The notes: generated by a model not told the origin, from the sequence alone. A DNA stretch of 64,000 nucleotides from Eledone cirrhosa (GCA_964016885.1 OZ024745.1:16430001-16494000); one strand, 5' to 3'; counted from the stretch's first letter, positions 27,880 through 42,777 are shown. A program made the numbers and translations.

Positions 27880-28176
27880 CTGTGCTACTCAAAGTGGTGG
27901 TCCGCGGACCGGTGCCGGTACGCGAGCCATCAGCTACCGGTACGCGGTCATTATTCAGGCCATGCTAAGGAATTTTTTATTACTTTTTTATATGTTTTGA
28001 TATTGTATTATTTGTTTACAAAATAAATAGAAGATGAAAAAATAGTCAACTATTATTATATTCATTATATATATCGTCTCCGGTATAAATTAATATTACT
28101 ACGAAATATTAGCGGTACGTGGCACATTGAAAAAAAAAATGCCGGTCCGCCACATAAGATAGTTTGAGAAGCACTG
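27880..28176. mobile_element. hAT (Charlie-type) MITE, 297 bp
   Basis: TIRs ctgtgctactcaaa / tttgagaagcactg. 8-bp TSD gtctagac (27872-27879) / gtctcgac (28177-28184). Confidence 0.88.
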
Positions 28177-28929
28177 GTCTCGACTACAAACACGCTATGT
28201 CAATAATCAGACTTACAGGCACAGGAAATTGATAACCGTAATAGAATAGAACAATTTCTATTCAAAGCTGAGTTTAATTAAAACGCTACGTGGAGTTTCT
28301 CTTCACCGATCCTCAGTCATCTAAATATTTGCCCTAACATTTTTCTCAAATTATAACTAACTTTCATAGCCACGTTTGCTACACGGAAATCAACTCAACA
28401 ACATGGATATCAAATATTTTGGCATTAGCAAACTTGCAGTGATATTTTTTTATTTTAATGGAATATGTCCATTGAACTCGGACACTGTCTCCTTCCAAGA
28501 CAGGTGACATCAGTTCTGGTGATGTTACTTTGTTAAACAACTGAAAAGTGACAAATATAGGAAATATATAACTGGGAAGTAAATTCCAGAACGACAACAT
28601 TCAGAGCAGAAAGATTGGCACATAATGTATTGGACACATGATTAACGTAGGAAGAGAGATGGGTGAGTCTGATGTGCGTGGATAGCTCTGAGGAGTGACG
28701 CCTATAATTTACTGTAGAAAGGGCAAAGAGGGAGAGAGTGAGGGTCTTATGTAATGTATCTGGGTTTGTTGGCGAGAGATTTCATGCCAATTAGGATATG
28801 AAACACTAATATCTCAATATGTTGTCCCGCATACCATTTGACCAAATCTAATTCTTTGTGTACATTTATATATTCATCTATCCGTAATCCCTCTCTGTCC
28901 TTATGTATTTCCATATTTATCTCAGTCTG

Positions 28930-29067
<138 letters not shown>

Positions 29068-30255
29068 CAGAAATATCTACGGTTAGTTATGGGGTCCAGT
29101 CTGCATGAAGAACTCAATGTAATCCATATGTTGAAAATGTTGTAGGTTAAAATAAATCCCGGAAAACAATAAAACATCAAAAGGAAAACAGAGTTATATA
29201 TAATTTCTACTTCTATATGAACTTATTTTTATCAACTTCAATATTTACTTCCATCTCTAAATCTGACATGTACTTCTATTTGTACTTCTATATCCTATAA
29301 TCGTTGGTTTTGATTTGTTATTCAAATGTTACCATGTCATTGATTAAACTTCAGAAGTATTGATGGACGTGATGGCTTGTTGAAGTTCAAGTACGACCAA
29401 CAATAACAAAGTGCAGACACTGTCGGTGTGGGTAACGTAGAGACAAGAGGTGTGATAACTTAAATTATGAGAAACAATGTCTTTTTATGAACACTATAAG
29501 CAAAATGAAACATTCATTGATTCGGTAAGAAATGGAGGGGAGAAAGTTTAAGATAATCATGGATGAGAACGGGAAATGAATCTCATATATCTTCTGAAAT
29601 TGAAGTCGACCGACAAATAATATGGAAGACATTAATCTGAAACAGCCAATGGTTTATATAATTAAATATTTTATCCAATAAAATCTGAGATTTATTTCCC
29701 AGCAATATTTGCATGTAAGGAAAAAAGGAAGGAGAAAGGAAATATCAGACATTCTGGAATCGGATAGAACAATGTTAACAGTCGGATAGACAAAACGGTA
29801 TAAATGACAGCAGAGATGTAATATAGATCCAACTGCGATGCTATTAAATACATTGAAGCAGACGAGAACTGAATTTACGTCTGCTCGTCATTTTGTTCAC
29901 ACAAATAACGAATGATAATTGTAAAAGTAGAAGGACTATTTCTGCACAGTATCAAGTTTTTGTGACCAAAACACATTAAACAGTGGGTTTCAGTAATGCT
30001 AAGTAAGAAAAGGATATTAACAATACAATAGTAATAATTCATTGTATCCACTGATTGCCATGTGGTTAGCAATTGTCTATTGAAGTGTAGAATTGTTTTA
30101 TTAAATTACTATTACGGTGAATCAAAGTAGTCCTAAGCAATAAATTAGAAACTCATTAGATTTGAAGACATGCTGAGAATTTCTTTCTCTCTCCATGCAT
30201 TAAATGAACACGTTAAATTACAGATACATTTATAGAAAACCAAAATTATGACACT

Positions 30256-30305
<50 letters not shown>

Positions 30306-30449
30306 TGCATGTAAACAAATATATAAATATATCTACATCCATTTACACATTTCTGTTTGGGCAGCATCTATCTATTTATCAATCTATATTTCTGCATGCC
30401 TGTTTGCCTCTTTCTCTCTCTTTATATATATATGTATATATATATATAT

Positions 30450-30586
<137 letters not shown>

Positions 30587-31374
30587 GACACATACATTTC
30601 TATATGTCTGTCAGATTGTCGTTTATCTATACCTCTGTATAAAGACTTGTCTCTATATTGATCTAAGTATGTGTATATTGCTGTTTAGCCTGAGAACAAG
30701 CCTCATTGAGCAGGCGTGTAACCAAAGCTGCAATAACTCATGTAAGTTTGCATTATCAGATTTATCCTTCTTTTTCGTAGATGGTGGAGTATACTTTGAG
30801 TGAATCTAGTGTTCTAATTTTAGATGATGCAGGATAACACTTATAAGGAATGGGATCCATTATTGACCTTACTAGCTCTCCTTTGAACATTAAATATCTA
30901 GTGCTACAACTCACCCTATAGAGGTGCCTAGTGGTTAGTCTGTTGGACTTACGATCACAATATCGCGGGATCAATTCCTCGACTGGTATGTGTGCCGTGT
31001 TCTAGACCAAAACCCTTCATTTCATGTTACTTCATTATACTCAGCTAAAAATGATACCAGCAATGGCTGGGTGTTTAACACTGCGATGGACAGGCGCCCT
31101 GTCCATGGGGAAGTATTGTACTCTTAGTTGCTTCATGTAAGATTTCACAGCCCTAGCAACACTCCTTCTTGGCTGAAACTTCATAGGCTGACCAAGATAC
31201 TCTTATGGAATTACTAAATGAGGTTTATTTTTCAATATAGTCCCTGTTAAGAAACAATACATCTATTAATAAGAGGTGAAATTAATGCATGCAAGATTTC
31301 ACAGCTGTAGCATCATTCCTTCATATCACCCTATGTACGTTTCAACCCATCCGTGTATAACATGTTAAGAAAGC

Positions 31375-31580
31375 AACAGGGGGTAGCAATTTTTTGGGGG
31401 AGGGAAAAGTCTATTAAATCCACCCAGTGCATTACTGTGTTCTATTTTATCGATACTGTAAAGATGACAGGCAAAGTTAATCTCGGCGAAATTGAAATCA
31501 GAACGTGCAGGGATGTAACTATATACCACAAAGCATGCAATAGGACGGTCAACCGACACTGCATTCTTCTGTCCAGCTAC
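31375..31580 (-). mobile_element. Nin-domain SINE
   Basis: Family motif in reverse complement. Confidence 0.7.
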
Positions 31581-31664
31581 ATAATTATTAATAAAATAAA
31601 AAGGAAAAAATAGTTTGGTTCGTGTGTTTTTACAAGCAGCATCACCCTCCCAAAGAAGTACTAT

Positions 31665-31712
<48 letters not shown>

Positions 31713-31781
31713 CATCAATCAATCAATCCATCAATCAATCCATCAATCAATCCATCAATCAATCAATCAATCAATCAATCC

Positions 31782-31860
<79 letters not shown>

Positions 31861-31870
31861 CATCAATCCG

Positions 31871-31904
<34 letters not shown>

Positions 31905-31905
31905 C

Positions 31906-31988
<83 letters not shown>

Positions 31989-32061
31989 CATCAATCAATC
32001 AATCCATCAATCCATCAATCAATCAATCAATCAATCAATCCATCAATCAATCAATCAATCC

Positions 32062-32144
<83 letters not shown>

Positions 32145-32154
32145 CATCAATCCG

Positions 32155-32216
<62 letters not shown>

Positions 32217-32217
32217 C

Positions 32218-32288
<71 letters not shown>

Positions 32289-32320
32289 TATCTATCTATC
32301 TATTTATCTATCTATCTATA
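31665..32320. repeat. (ATCA)n tetranucleotide repeat grading into (ATCT)n
   Basis: Direct reading. It explains the 'SINQ' ORF. Confidence 0.97.
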
Positions 32321-32354
32321 TATATATACATTTTCGCACTACATGCCTGAATAC

Positions 32355-32710
32355 AATAAATGTAGCCTGAGTTTTTCGAATATTAATAATAATATTCGAT
32401 TCATTTGCAATTATGCAAACAAGCCTCATTTTTAAAGCCCGTTTTGTTTACAGTTCTGTTTACATGCCAACACAAGAACAAGAATGAACGGTTCATTCTA
32501 CTGACATGGCTTTAAAAATGAGGCTTGCTTGCATAATTGCAAACGAATCAAATATTATTATTACGATCTGAGTTCAAATCCCGCCGAGGTTGACTTTGCC
32601 TTTCATCCTTACGGGGTCGATAAAATAAAGTACCAGTAATGCACTGGGTAATTGCTGGCCTTGTGCCTAAAGGAGAAACAATTATTAATATTCGAAAAAC
32701 TCAGATTACG

Positions 32711-32716
<6 letters not shown>
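32355..32716. mobile_element. Fold-back/MITE with ~85-bp TIRs; right TIR interrupted by a 5'-truncated SINE (~32565-32685)
   Basis: ctgagtttttcgaatattaataat...gcctcatttttaaagcc versus ggctttaaaaatgaggc...[SINE]...attattaatattcgaaaaactcag. Confidence 0.75.
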
Positions 32717-32768
<52 letters not shown>

Positions 32769-33111
32769 CGGAGAAAGCTTTTGAGCGATACTCCGGCCAA
32801 ATTCCAACTCACTCAACAAACATTAGGAAATAAGTGATTATATTCCTAATTAAGCGTTCGGGGTGCTAACTAAAAGTATTGCGTGGAAAATTGGCTGTAT
32901 TATTTCATATGAGACACATCGAATATATCTCTTCCCAGACGGACGTCTCATTTCATTATAGGATTCCTACAATTTGGGTGAAATTATACCAATTTATGTA
33001 GGAGCTTGTATACCATCAATAGATATATATTCAAGTGGGCTCCTATATATATATATATATATCGTTTCTGAATTTGTTTAGCAAGATTCTTTATCTTGTG
33101 TTGAAACCGAT

Positions 33112-33440
33112 ATTGTTATACTTTGGGAGGGTCATGTTGCCAATAAGAAACACATGCACCAGTTGCTTTCACTTCAATTTATTATAAATTATATTTATAA
33201 ATTTAAGAATTTATAAATTTCCGGACGGTTGTTCATATATTGTCAAAGTTCTTTACTCACACATTCTGTGACCTCTTGTGTGACGAAAGAACTTTGACAA
33301 TATATGAAAGCCCGTCCGATTATGGAACCAACCAACCGGAAATATATAAATTCTTAAATTTAATTTATAATAAATTGGAGTGAAATATACTGGTGCGTGT
33401 GTTTCTTATTGGCAACATGACCCTCTCAAAGTATAACTAT
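33112..33440. repeat. Imperfect ~330-bp palindrome between (TA)n tracts (related fragment at ~44075-44120)
   Basis: gttatactttgggagggtcatgttgccaataagaaacac... versus ...gtgtttcttattggcaacatgaccctctcaaagtataac. Confidence 0.9.
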
Positions 33441-33457
33441 ATATATATATAAATAAA

Positions 33458-33942
<485 letters not shown>

Positions 33943-33946
<4 letters not shown>

Positions 33947-35938
33947 AAAATAACAGATTAAAGTTTAAGCAAAGAATCGCTGCTTTCACCCTTAACGGGA
34001 TCTTCTGAAACTAACAAAGTCAATCTGTAAACGCAGAACTGGATATTTCAAAAAACGTTGCAACCGGAGGAAGACAGGAAGACGATACTTTGGTTCGTGG
34101 TAACGTTCGCTGGCAAAGAACGGGAAAAAACGAATAATACGTCAATAATAGGAGCGGTGAAAAACAATTACGCGCAAAGACAGAACCACGTTTATGGTAT
34201 AAAAGAGGTCGTAGACTAATGTTCTCTAAGTGGTGCATAGAGACGTTCTCTGGCAATGAACGAAAAAACGAAGATAATAAGTCATATGTGGAGCGTGGAG
34301 AACAATAGCACGCAAAGACAAAACCACGTAAATGGTATAGCAGAAATCGTAGACTAAAATTCTAACTAGGAGACCAAATGAATCTCCGCTACAGAGTTAA
34401 GAACAAAGTAAATAAATACAATACAGAAGTAATAGAAACAAATAAATACATACACGCAAACAGATACGTACATACACAAGCATACGCAAAACCTTACCAT
34501 AGGTATACAAAACCACGCACATATAAATATGTGTATGTGTGTATGCTTGTGTACAAATAAATAAATAATTATATAAACGTATATAAGTAAATAAATACGT
34601 ATATAACAAGCGCACACACATACCTACAAATAAATACACGAAAGTTCGGAGACGTAAGTCAACCAAAACAAGAAGTACACATATACACGCACCCACCATA
34701 CGTACGAACCTGCATACTCACGCAGACGCAAAACTCCCATATACACATAACCAAACCCTAAATACCAGAATATGTAAAAATTATACGCCATAACAGTCAA
34801 ATATACGTACGAGAAGGTATACATATCTTCACAAAACTTACGGGTAATATATACTTACCTATGCAAATAAGTAAAGGAATAAACAAAACATATACTTAGC
34901 TCCCACATCAAGACGTAAAATATCCACGTATAGATCGTGCTATCCGTTAGGGTATAACGTGGGGCTGTAATACAGGAAAGTTTTGTGCAATTTATGTTTA
35001 CAAGCCGAAATTGCCTCAGATTTTTTGTTTAAGATGTGGTCTGTGGCGTAGAGTATTTCCAGGGCCTCAGCGGCGCAGAGGTCACATGGTCTTTTATTTC
35101 CGTTATACGATCTAGCCCTAGCTAGGAACTCCCAGTGTAACTTATATTGGGTGTGGTTGTCTTTTAGACTCCAGATATAAGCTGAAAGTGACGTCATATT
35201 CCTTCTTAGAGGGTAACGAAAAGAATGGGTATGCATGTAAAGACGCTGCTTGAAACTATTGGCGGTTAACCCTATGTAGGCCCTACGGGACGTGGGTGTT
35301 ACAACCTTACATTTGTAGACAATGTTACTAGAGAGGCATTTCACGGATAGGGGACAATCAGCCCGATTCCTACAATTACAGTTAGTACTAACTACAGGGC
35401 TGCACGTGTTCCTACGGCTAGGTAGTTTAGCTAAATTTGAAGCTGTGATGTTATGTGCAAGGTTAGGAGTCGTAGAGTAAGAAATTTTAATAGTGTTTCT
35501 ATTAAAAATTTTACTATATTTATGTGTAGGGGGGAAATGCTTCGTAATAAGGGAAAGAAAGATCTTAGCTAATGGTGTGGCCACCTCCATATTATATGGT
35601 GGGTTAAACCAACAAATGCGACGGGATCTATTTCTTCTAGGTCTATTCCCGTACTCTGTATATGCTACCTTATCGACAAATCCACTTCGAGCAAGAGCTT
35701 CATTGTAATAAGTGGAATGGTCGTTGAAAATGCGCTCGTTGGTGGAAAGACGGGAAAGCGTCAACGAAACGTTTTTTACCAGGTTCTTGGTTATGCTGAC
35801 GGGATGGTTGGAATGCTTACTTATGTAATTAAGCGTATCATTCGGCTTTCTATACGGGTAATACAACCCATTCAGTAAATTGAGGGTAACGTCGAGGTAA
35901 TTAACGACCGAGAGATTGGCCTCAACCTGTATAGAGAG
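33943..35938 (-). mobile_element. 5'-truncated Penelope-like retroelement (Naiad-like) with long 3' region, inserted in (TA)n
   Basis: RT thumb (YLDVTL, PYRKP, SNHP), WFNPPY, linker CNCRNRADC, GIY-YIG (IVYKC...AYIGLT...FKQR), CDLC...LNKKSE..CKH. A second copy of the 3' end lies at ~43668-43950. Confidence 0.9.
34940..35938 (-). CDS. PLE partial ORF: RT C-terminus + GIY-YIG endonuclease (open but 5'-truncated)
   Basis: Real part of the 380-aa ORF. Its N-terminal ~48 aa come from microsatellite and an unrelated insert. Confidence 0.85.
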   Translation of the reverse strand, partial: LSIQVEANLSVVNYLDVTLNLLNGLYYPYRKPNDTLNYISKHSNHPVSITKNLVKNVSLTLSRLSTNERIFNDHSTYYNEALARSGFVDKVAYTEYGNRPRRNRSRRICWFNPPYNMEVATPLAKIFLSLITKHFPPTHKYSKIFNRNTIKISYSTTPNLAHNITASNLAKLPSRRNTCSPVVSTNCNCRNRADCPLSVKCLSSNIVYKCKVVTPTSRRAYIGLTANSFKQRLYMHTHSFRYPLRRNMTSLSAYIWSLKDNHTQYKLHWEFLARARSYNGNKRPCDLCAAEALEILYATDHILNKKSEAISACKHKLHKTFLYYSPTLYPNG

Positions 35939-36017
35939 GTATATATATAGTATTAGCAATTGGAAAGACCAACGGAAACATTGTTCCCTCGTTCCGATTT
36001 GACAAAAGTCGATCGTT

Positions 36018-36052
<35 letters not shown>

Positions 36053-36193
36053 GGATTTCGCTTCAAGCATAGATTTATACAATATGTATAAATATTACGT
36101 ATCTACAAAGAAATACGGTTTTAGGAAGCCGTAGCTATGCAAACACCGGGGTGCTAGCGCCCTCTGGTGATGTCCAGCAGAAGCAAGGGGGAC

Positions 36194-36239
36194 AACCGTC
36201 TATGCATTTCAGGCTTAACTGGCCTTCGTCTGGACGGTC
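36194..36239 (-). ncRNA. Minimal type I hammerhead (U4A copy)
   Basis: gaccgtc-CAGACGA-aggc-cagttaa-gcct-GAAA-tgca-TA-gacggtt, with intact stems I and II. Confidence 0.75.
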
Positions 36240-36402
36240 ACTCCCACCGCTTGCGACTGCTGGACTAGAAGACAGGCGAGAATATATACTTTTCTCGTCT
36301 TTGTAAATGAGGTGATTTATCTCATTTGAATATGAAGCTGCATAAGTTGGCTTAACTTATAATAATAATAATAATAATAATAATATATATGTATATATAT
36401 AT

Positions 36403-36436
<34 letters not shown>

Positions 36437-36705
36437 AGAAATAGAATTTCGCTTGAAGCATAGCTTTATACAATATGTATAAATATTTCGTATCTCCAAA
36501 GAAAACGGCATTTCTTTGGAGATACGAAATATTTATACATATTGTATAAAGCTATGCTTGAAGCGAAATCGTATTTCTCTTTTATTATAAGTTGAGCCAA
36601 CTTATGCAGCTTCATATGCAAGTGAGATTAATCACCACATTTACACAGACGAGAAAAGTATATATTCTCGCCTGTCTTCTAGTCCAACAGTCGCAAGCGG
36701 TGGGA

Positions 36706-36758
36706 GGGACAGTCCTGACGAAGACCAGTTAAGCCTGAAATGCATAGACGGTTGTCCC
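36706..36758 (+). ncRNA. Minimal type I hammerhead (intact core)
   Basis: gggacagtc-CTGACGA (36715-36721)-agac-cagttaa-gcct-GAAA-tgca-TA-gacggttgtccc. Confidence 0.8.
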
Positions 36759-36852
36759 CCTTGCTTCTGCTGGACATCACCAGAGGGCGTTAGCCGTCCG
36801 GTGTTTGCATAGCTACGGCTTCCTTAAACCCTATTTCTTTGGAGGTACGAAA

Positions 36853-36883
<31 letters not shown>

Positions 36884-36924
36884 GGAGGAAGTGATAGTTC
36901 ACTTGAAGCATTGTGTAATGAGGT

Positions 36925-37418
36925 ATAAACGTTTGTATATGTATAATAAAGCCAAAACAATGCAGGTCTGGACATAGAATAAAGAATGCAAATGCAAAAG
37001 ATATTGTTGACAATTAGTCTTTTACGTTAGATTTATTTAAATGTCCTTAATTTTCGAGATAATATCTCTTCTTCGGAAGGAAGTAAAGCGGTTAAACCAG
37101 TGTTCTAAATAGCTTGCCAAGTCATGCTGAGAGCATGACTTGGCAAGCTATTTAGAACACTGGTTTAACCGCTTTAGAACACTATTAGAACACTATTAGA
37201 ACGCTATTTAAACACTATTAGAACACTATTAGAACGGTATTTAGAACACTGGTTTAACCTCGTTACTTCCCTCCGAAGAAGAGATATTATCTCGAAAATT
37301 AAGGACATTTAAATAAATCTAAGGTAAAAGACTAATTGTCAACAATATCTTTTGCATTTGCATTCTGTATTCAATGTTCATACCTGCATTGTTTTGGCTT
37401 TATTATACATATGCAAAC

Positions 37419-37424
<6 letters not shown>
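36925..37424. repeat. Fold-back palindrome with internal 11-bp tandem repeats and a decayed hammerhead-like motif
   Basis: Centre gtcatgct-gag-agcatgac at ~37130; (tagaacactat)n at 37175-37245; CCGAAGA-a-gagat-att-atctc-GAAA at 37273-37297. Confidence 0.88.
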
Positions 37425-37500
<76 letters not shown>

Positions 37501-37607
37501 AATTAGTATATCTACCAACATATATATACAGATGCATGCATATGCTAGCAAATATATAGGTTTTGTCTTAGTAACTTTGTGGTTCAATGCAAGGCGATGC
37601 AGAACAA

Positions 37608-38295
<688 letters not shown>

Positions 38296-38544
38296 ATTAG
38301 AAAGTGAGGTTCTTTTACAAAATGAAAAATAACCGAGGTGTCCTACACGAGTGAAAGTATAAATAAAAAAGATAAAATCGAAAATGCAACTGGAGTCTTA
38401 TTTAAAAAATTATATATATATTTATTTGGTTCCTTTACTGGTTTCGCAGTTCTTCTGCTTTTCAATTCAAAAGTAGAGTTGAGATGGAGGGTCTGTGGTT
38501 TTCCTCACATATATATATATAACGTATATATATATATATATATA

Positions 38545-38777
38545 TAGTAGAGAGTCAGGGCTCGACAACTGAGTTCGTGATGTTTTGACAGCAAACTTCA
38601 AATTTAATTCCAGTCTGGAATTTGGTGTCGAAACGCCAAGTGCTCAGCCGTCGGGCCCTGATCTCTGCTATATTTATACTCTGCATCTCAAGTATCAAGT
38701 ACTCAGTTGAACAATGGTGTTACTAGTTTAAAACTGGTATATTCCTGACATAGATGCATAGATGCATAGATGCATAG

Positions 38778-38873
<96 letters not shown>

Positions 38874-38886
38874 ACACACACACACA

Positions 38887-38917
<31 letters not shown>

Positions 38918-39096
38918 CTTCACGCACACACATGTGTGTATTAATGTATATATGTATCTATGTATCTATGTATTTATGTCAGGAATATACCAGTTTTAAA
39001 CTAGTAACACCATTGTTCAATATAGTACTTGTTACTTGGGAAGCAAAGTGTAAATATAGCATGACCTCATTTTGGTTTTAATTTCGAATGGAATTT

Positions 39097-39164
<68 letters not shown>

Positions 39165-39238
39165 TATATATATATATTTACATATATATATATATATGTA
39201 AAATCCCATTCGAAGTTAAAACCAAAATGAGGTCATGT
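38545..39238. repeat. Hammerhead-like remnant followed by two abutting inverted repeats (38666-39061; 39060-39238)
   Basis: Long stem tcagggctcgac/gtcgggccctga encloses gtgatg...gtcGAAAcg. The arms flank (CA)n/(TA)n tracts. Related pieces lie at 39960-40100 and 42805-42880. Confidence 0.75.
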
Positions 39239-39770
39239 GATACAATATATAAATATATGAAAAATCTGCCAAAAATGAACTTGTTATCTAGGGAGTTTAA
39301 TCAGAGCGATTAAGATATCGTTAACAGAAAGTGGGAATAACACTCACCAATTTCCCATCGATAACAACAAACCCGGTGCTGGCAAGGTCATAGCAACAAA
39401 AAAGAAAAAAAATTATTTGTTCAAATCGTGCCAGTACTCAAATATAACCGTGTTTACGCTGAAGATCGATATCTCGATATCATTTTGGTGCCAATATACT
39501 GTCAGTTTGTCAGTTTTCTTGAAATTATTTTGGTGTGTCTGTGTGTATATGGATGGGTTTTGATGTTAATGCTTACTTGCATGTTGTAGCTTAGACGAAT
39601 TTGTAGAATTATTCAATATATAGTACACTAAATTGTTACTATTTATCACTTCTTATGTTAAACGTATGCTCCCAAAATTATGTGCTAAACATAAAGCAAA
39701 ACTGCGAAAACCCTTCACACATATACACACATACTTAAATATATACAAAAGTTCATGCGTGTGTGTGTGC

Positions 39771-39885
<115 letters not shown>

Positions 39886-40183
39886 CAGAAAGAGAGAGAT
39901 AAATAGATATAAAGAGAGAGAGAGAGAGGTGGGGAATATATATATATATATATTTTTTATTCAGTCCAGAATTAGCCGTCGAAACGGCTTGAGCTCAGCC
40001 GTCGGGGTCTTACTTGTTCCTATTACCCACTCTACTACCCTAAGTATTGAGTACTTTGGTGCGTTATGGTTCACTTGGTTCCTTACCACATTTCCTTCGT
40101 TATATATATATATATATACCCCACCTCTCTCTCTCTCTTTATCTCTCTCTTTCTGTATATATATATATGTATATATATGTATA

Positions 40184-40245
<62 letters not shown>

Positions 40246-42714
40246 AATGCACACACACACACACATATATATATATATGTGTGTGTGTGTGTGGGTGTGT
40301 ATTAAATATACGTATGATGATATTATAAGTCATTCAGACAATTTACCTGAAGCTATCATTGATGGGGGAATGTTGAAGTGGAAATGCGTGTATTGATTTA
40401 TGAGATTAACATTTTCTAGAAACTTTTGCTGTCCTTCAAGTGTACTGAGAAGTGTCCAACTTGATGAGCGCACTTGGCACAAAGAAAAAATGTTGTAAAC
40501 GAAATGACTTACCAGTATTTGGAATCGAACAGCTTCTAGAAGTTACAATCAGATAATCATGTGGTAAGTGGAGAAAAATAATGATTTTTAAGTAGGTACA
40601 ATTGATAAAAATAAATTGTTTAAATACTCTAAAAAGCAGCTATTATTTTTAAAAGCATTTACAACCTTCAAATATCAAAGAGCTTTGATTTAATGTAAAT
40701 GCTTATAAAATAATGCATTAATGTAATCTCAACAAGATATGTTACAAAGTGGATTCAATTTACAATTACTTTTTCTTTTGTTTTACTGCGTATATCTAGG
40801 CTATTGAGGGAGATATATTTTCTATTAACACTTCATTGCCGAATTGATGTTTGTAAATTGACAGACGTCTTCACAAAAATATATGTAGAAGCGATGAAAA
40901 AAGGATTGCAAAATAACTGGGATTATATTCTTCATTCTTCAAAAGGCGTAGACATGGCTGTGTCATGAAGGAGTTTGATTCGGGTTCAGACGCCTTGTTT
41001 GGCACCTTGGTCAAGTGTACTATACTACAACCTCATGTTGACCGATGACTTGTAAGTTAATGATAGTTGCTGGTAACTGCAGAAGACCCTCCTATATAGA
41101 TAAGTATGTATTTATATATGTCCATGCGTGCCAGCGTTTATGCCTCGCAACTGTTCAACAAAAAGGGATCGATAAAATATATACCAGACTTGAACATTTA
41201 GGTAATGACTGCAATCTAGTGATTGAAACCAGTAAAACATAAATAAAGTGATATACCAGAACTCTCCGTAGTAGAAGAGGGCCTGTGAAACACTGTTGGA
41301 CTTAAACTAATTGAGTAACCAATCACATTTATAATCCAATATATACTTTGCTTTCTTCTTCCACCAACTTTTTTTATAAATTTAACAATTTAGTTTGAGT
41401 CGGAAGAGTAGCGCCCCTGATTCCCGATTTCTTTCTGGACCTCTCAGTCTGATGTGATTTATCCTCAAATCGTATATCTATCATCAATATTTGCAACAGA
41501 GCGAACTCCGACAAAGAGAGCGACCTCACGGGTGGTGGTATGTATGGTTTTGTAACTTTTGATGGGGTCGTAGGGATGCCGTGTTCCAATACGGCGCCTT
41601 GTAGGGCAATTTAAAACTTGGCGGAGCCCATTTCCTCTCGTGTCTAAATACAACAGATGTCTCCCAGAGATGGATAGAGAGTGAAAGAAAGGAAGTGAGA
41701 AACGGATATAGAGGAAGAATCCACCCCAGTACCAGACTGTTTCTTGTTTTTATCAACCCTGAATGGATCAAAGTCAAAGTTGAACTCAGCTGGATTTGAA
41801 CTCAGATAGAAGAGAGCCTAAACGATTATCGTAAATCATTCTATTCGACGTGCTAATGACCCTTCCAATTCTCCACCTTCACTAGATGGTGTTATTAGTG
41901 TTACAAGCAGTCGTCGATTATAGCAAAGTAGCCACATTGTCTGTAGCATCTTGAAAATATCTAAAGTCGAAAGTCTGTCTTGAGCTCTGAGGTTAACCAA
42001 GCCGGTGTTTATCCCGTTTTCCATGGCATGAATCGACTGAGAGTACAATACTCTTCCCTGGAAAGGATGCCAGCCCATCGCTGGATTAAACCCCCCAGCT
42101 ATTGATGGGGGTGAGAGAAAGGAAGTGAGAAAGAATATTGAGAAATGAAGTATTTTGCCTAAGAACACAACACGCAACCCTTCTCAGGAATTATGATCAT
42201 AAGTTCAACACACTTACCACCAGGCCACGCGCCTCCACCTTGAAAGTATCAGAGACACTAAAATGAAATGAATATTATTTGGAAAAGAATGTTTAAAAGA
42301 ATCGAACCTCTGGTAGGATTGTCAATATTTTTAAACGTTAGCCTCTTCACTGTTTTTAGGGATCAGTTTCCTCAACTCCTGGGTTTTATTCTATTTACTA
42401 AACTAAATAAGTATCAATGATTTATTATAAGGATCATTACTGACTTCGTAAAATATTTCTTAAAACAAATTAACGACGTTGATATAGGACTGGAAATTAT
42501 TAAATATTTTGGTGGCTTTTGGTAACAGATAATAAAAAAAACTTTCCAAAAATTTTCCAAATGCCCCGAATATTCATAAGTTTATATTTCATAGTGTCAC
42601 ACTGAGAGAGGTGACATCTATATTCATGGATACGTCTCCAGTTACTCGTACATAATTATTCTCAAATGTATGTATACATACATATATATACATACGTATA
42701 TACATATATATATA

Positions 42715-42777
42715 CACGGTGTCCCCGAAAATCTATACATTCTAATAATTATGTGTATACATTTTTTGGACACGCTT
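42715..42777. mobile_element. Tiny Tc1/mariner-type MITE
   Basis: TA-flanked imperfect TIRs gtgtccccgaaaatctatac / gtatacattttttggacac. Confidence 0.55.

Larger units (their letters stand above)
36048..36860. mobile_element. ~322-nt hammerhead-bearing monomer present as two inverted, terminally redundant copies
   Basis: Layout A-B-(TA)n-A >< A'-B'-A'(partial). atttctttggag recurs at 36511 and ~36834. Confidence 0.85.

Noticed and set aside
28285-28325. Minus-strand CTGAGGA-tc..ga-GAAAC..GTA hammerhead
   Set aside because: 2-bp stem II, no stem I, non-palindromic stem III; likely chance.
31615-32370. 251-aa SINQ-repeat ORF
   Set aside because: (ATCA)n microsatellite.
35925-35945. Splice acceptor ctctctatacag|GTT at the PLE 5' end, suggesting domestication
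   Set aside because: The same bases encode LSIQVEANL, which fits the RT thumb, so this is a simple truncation point.
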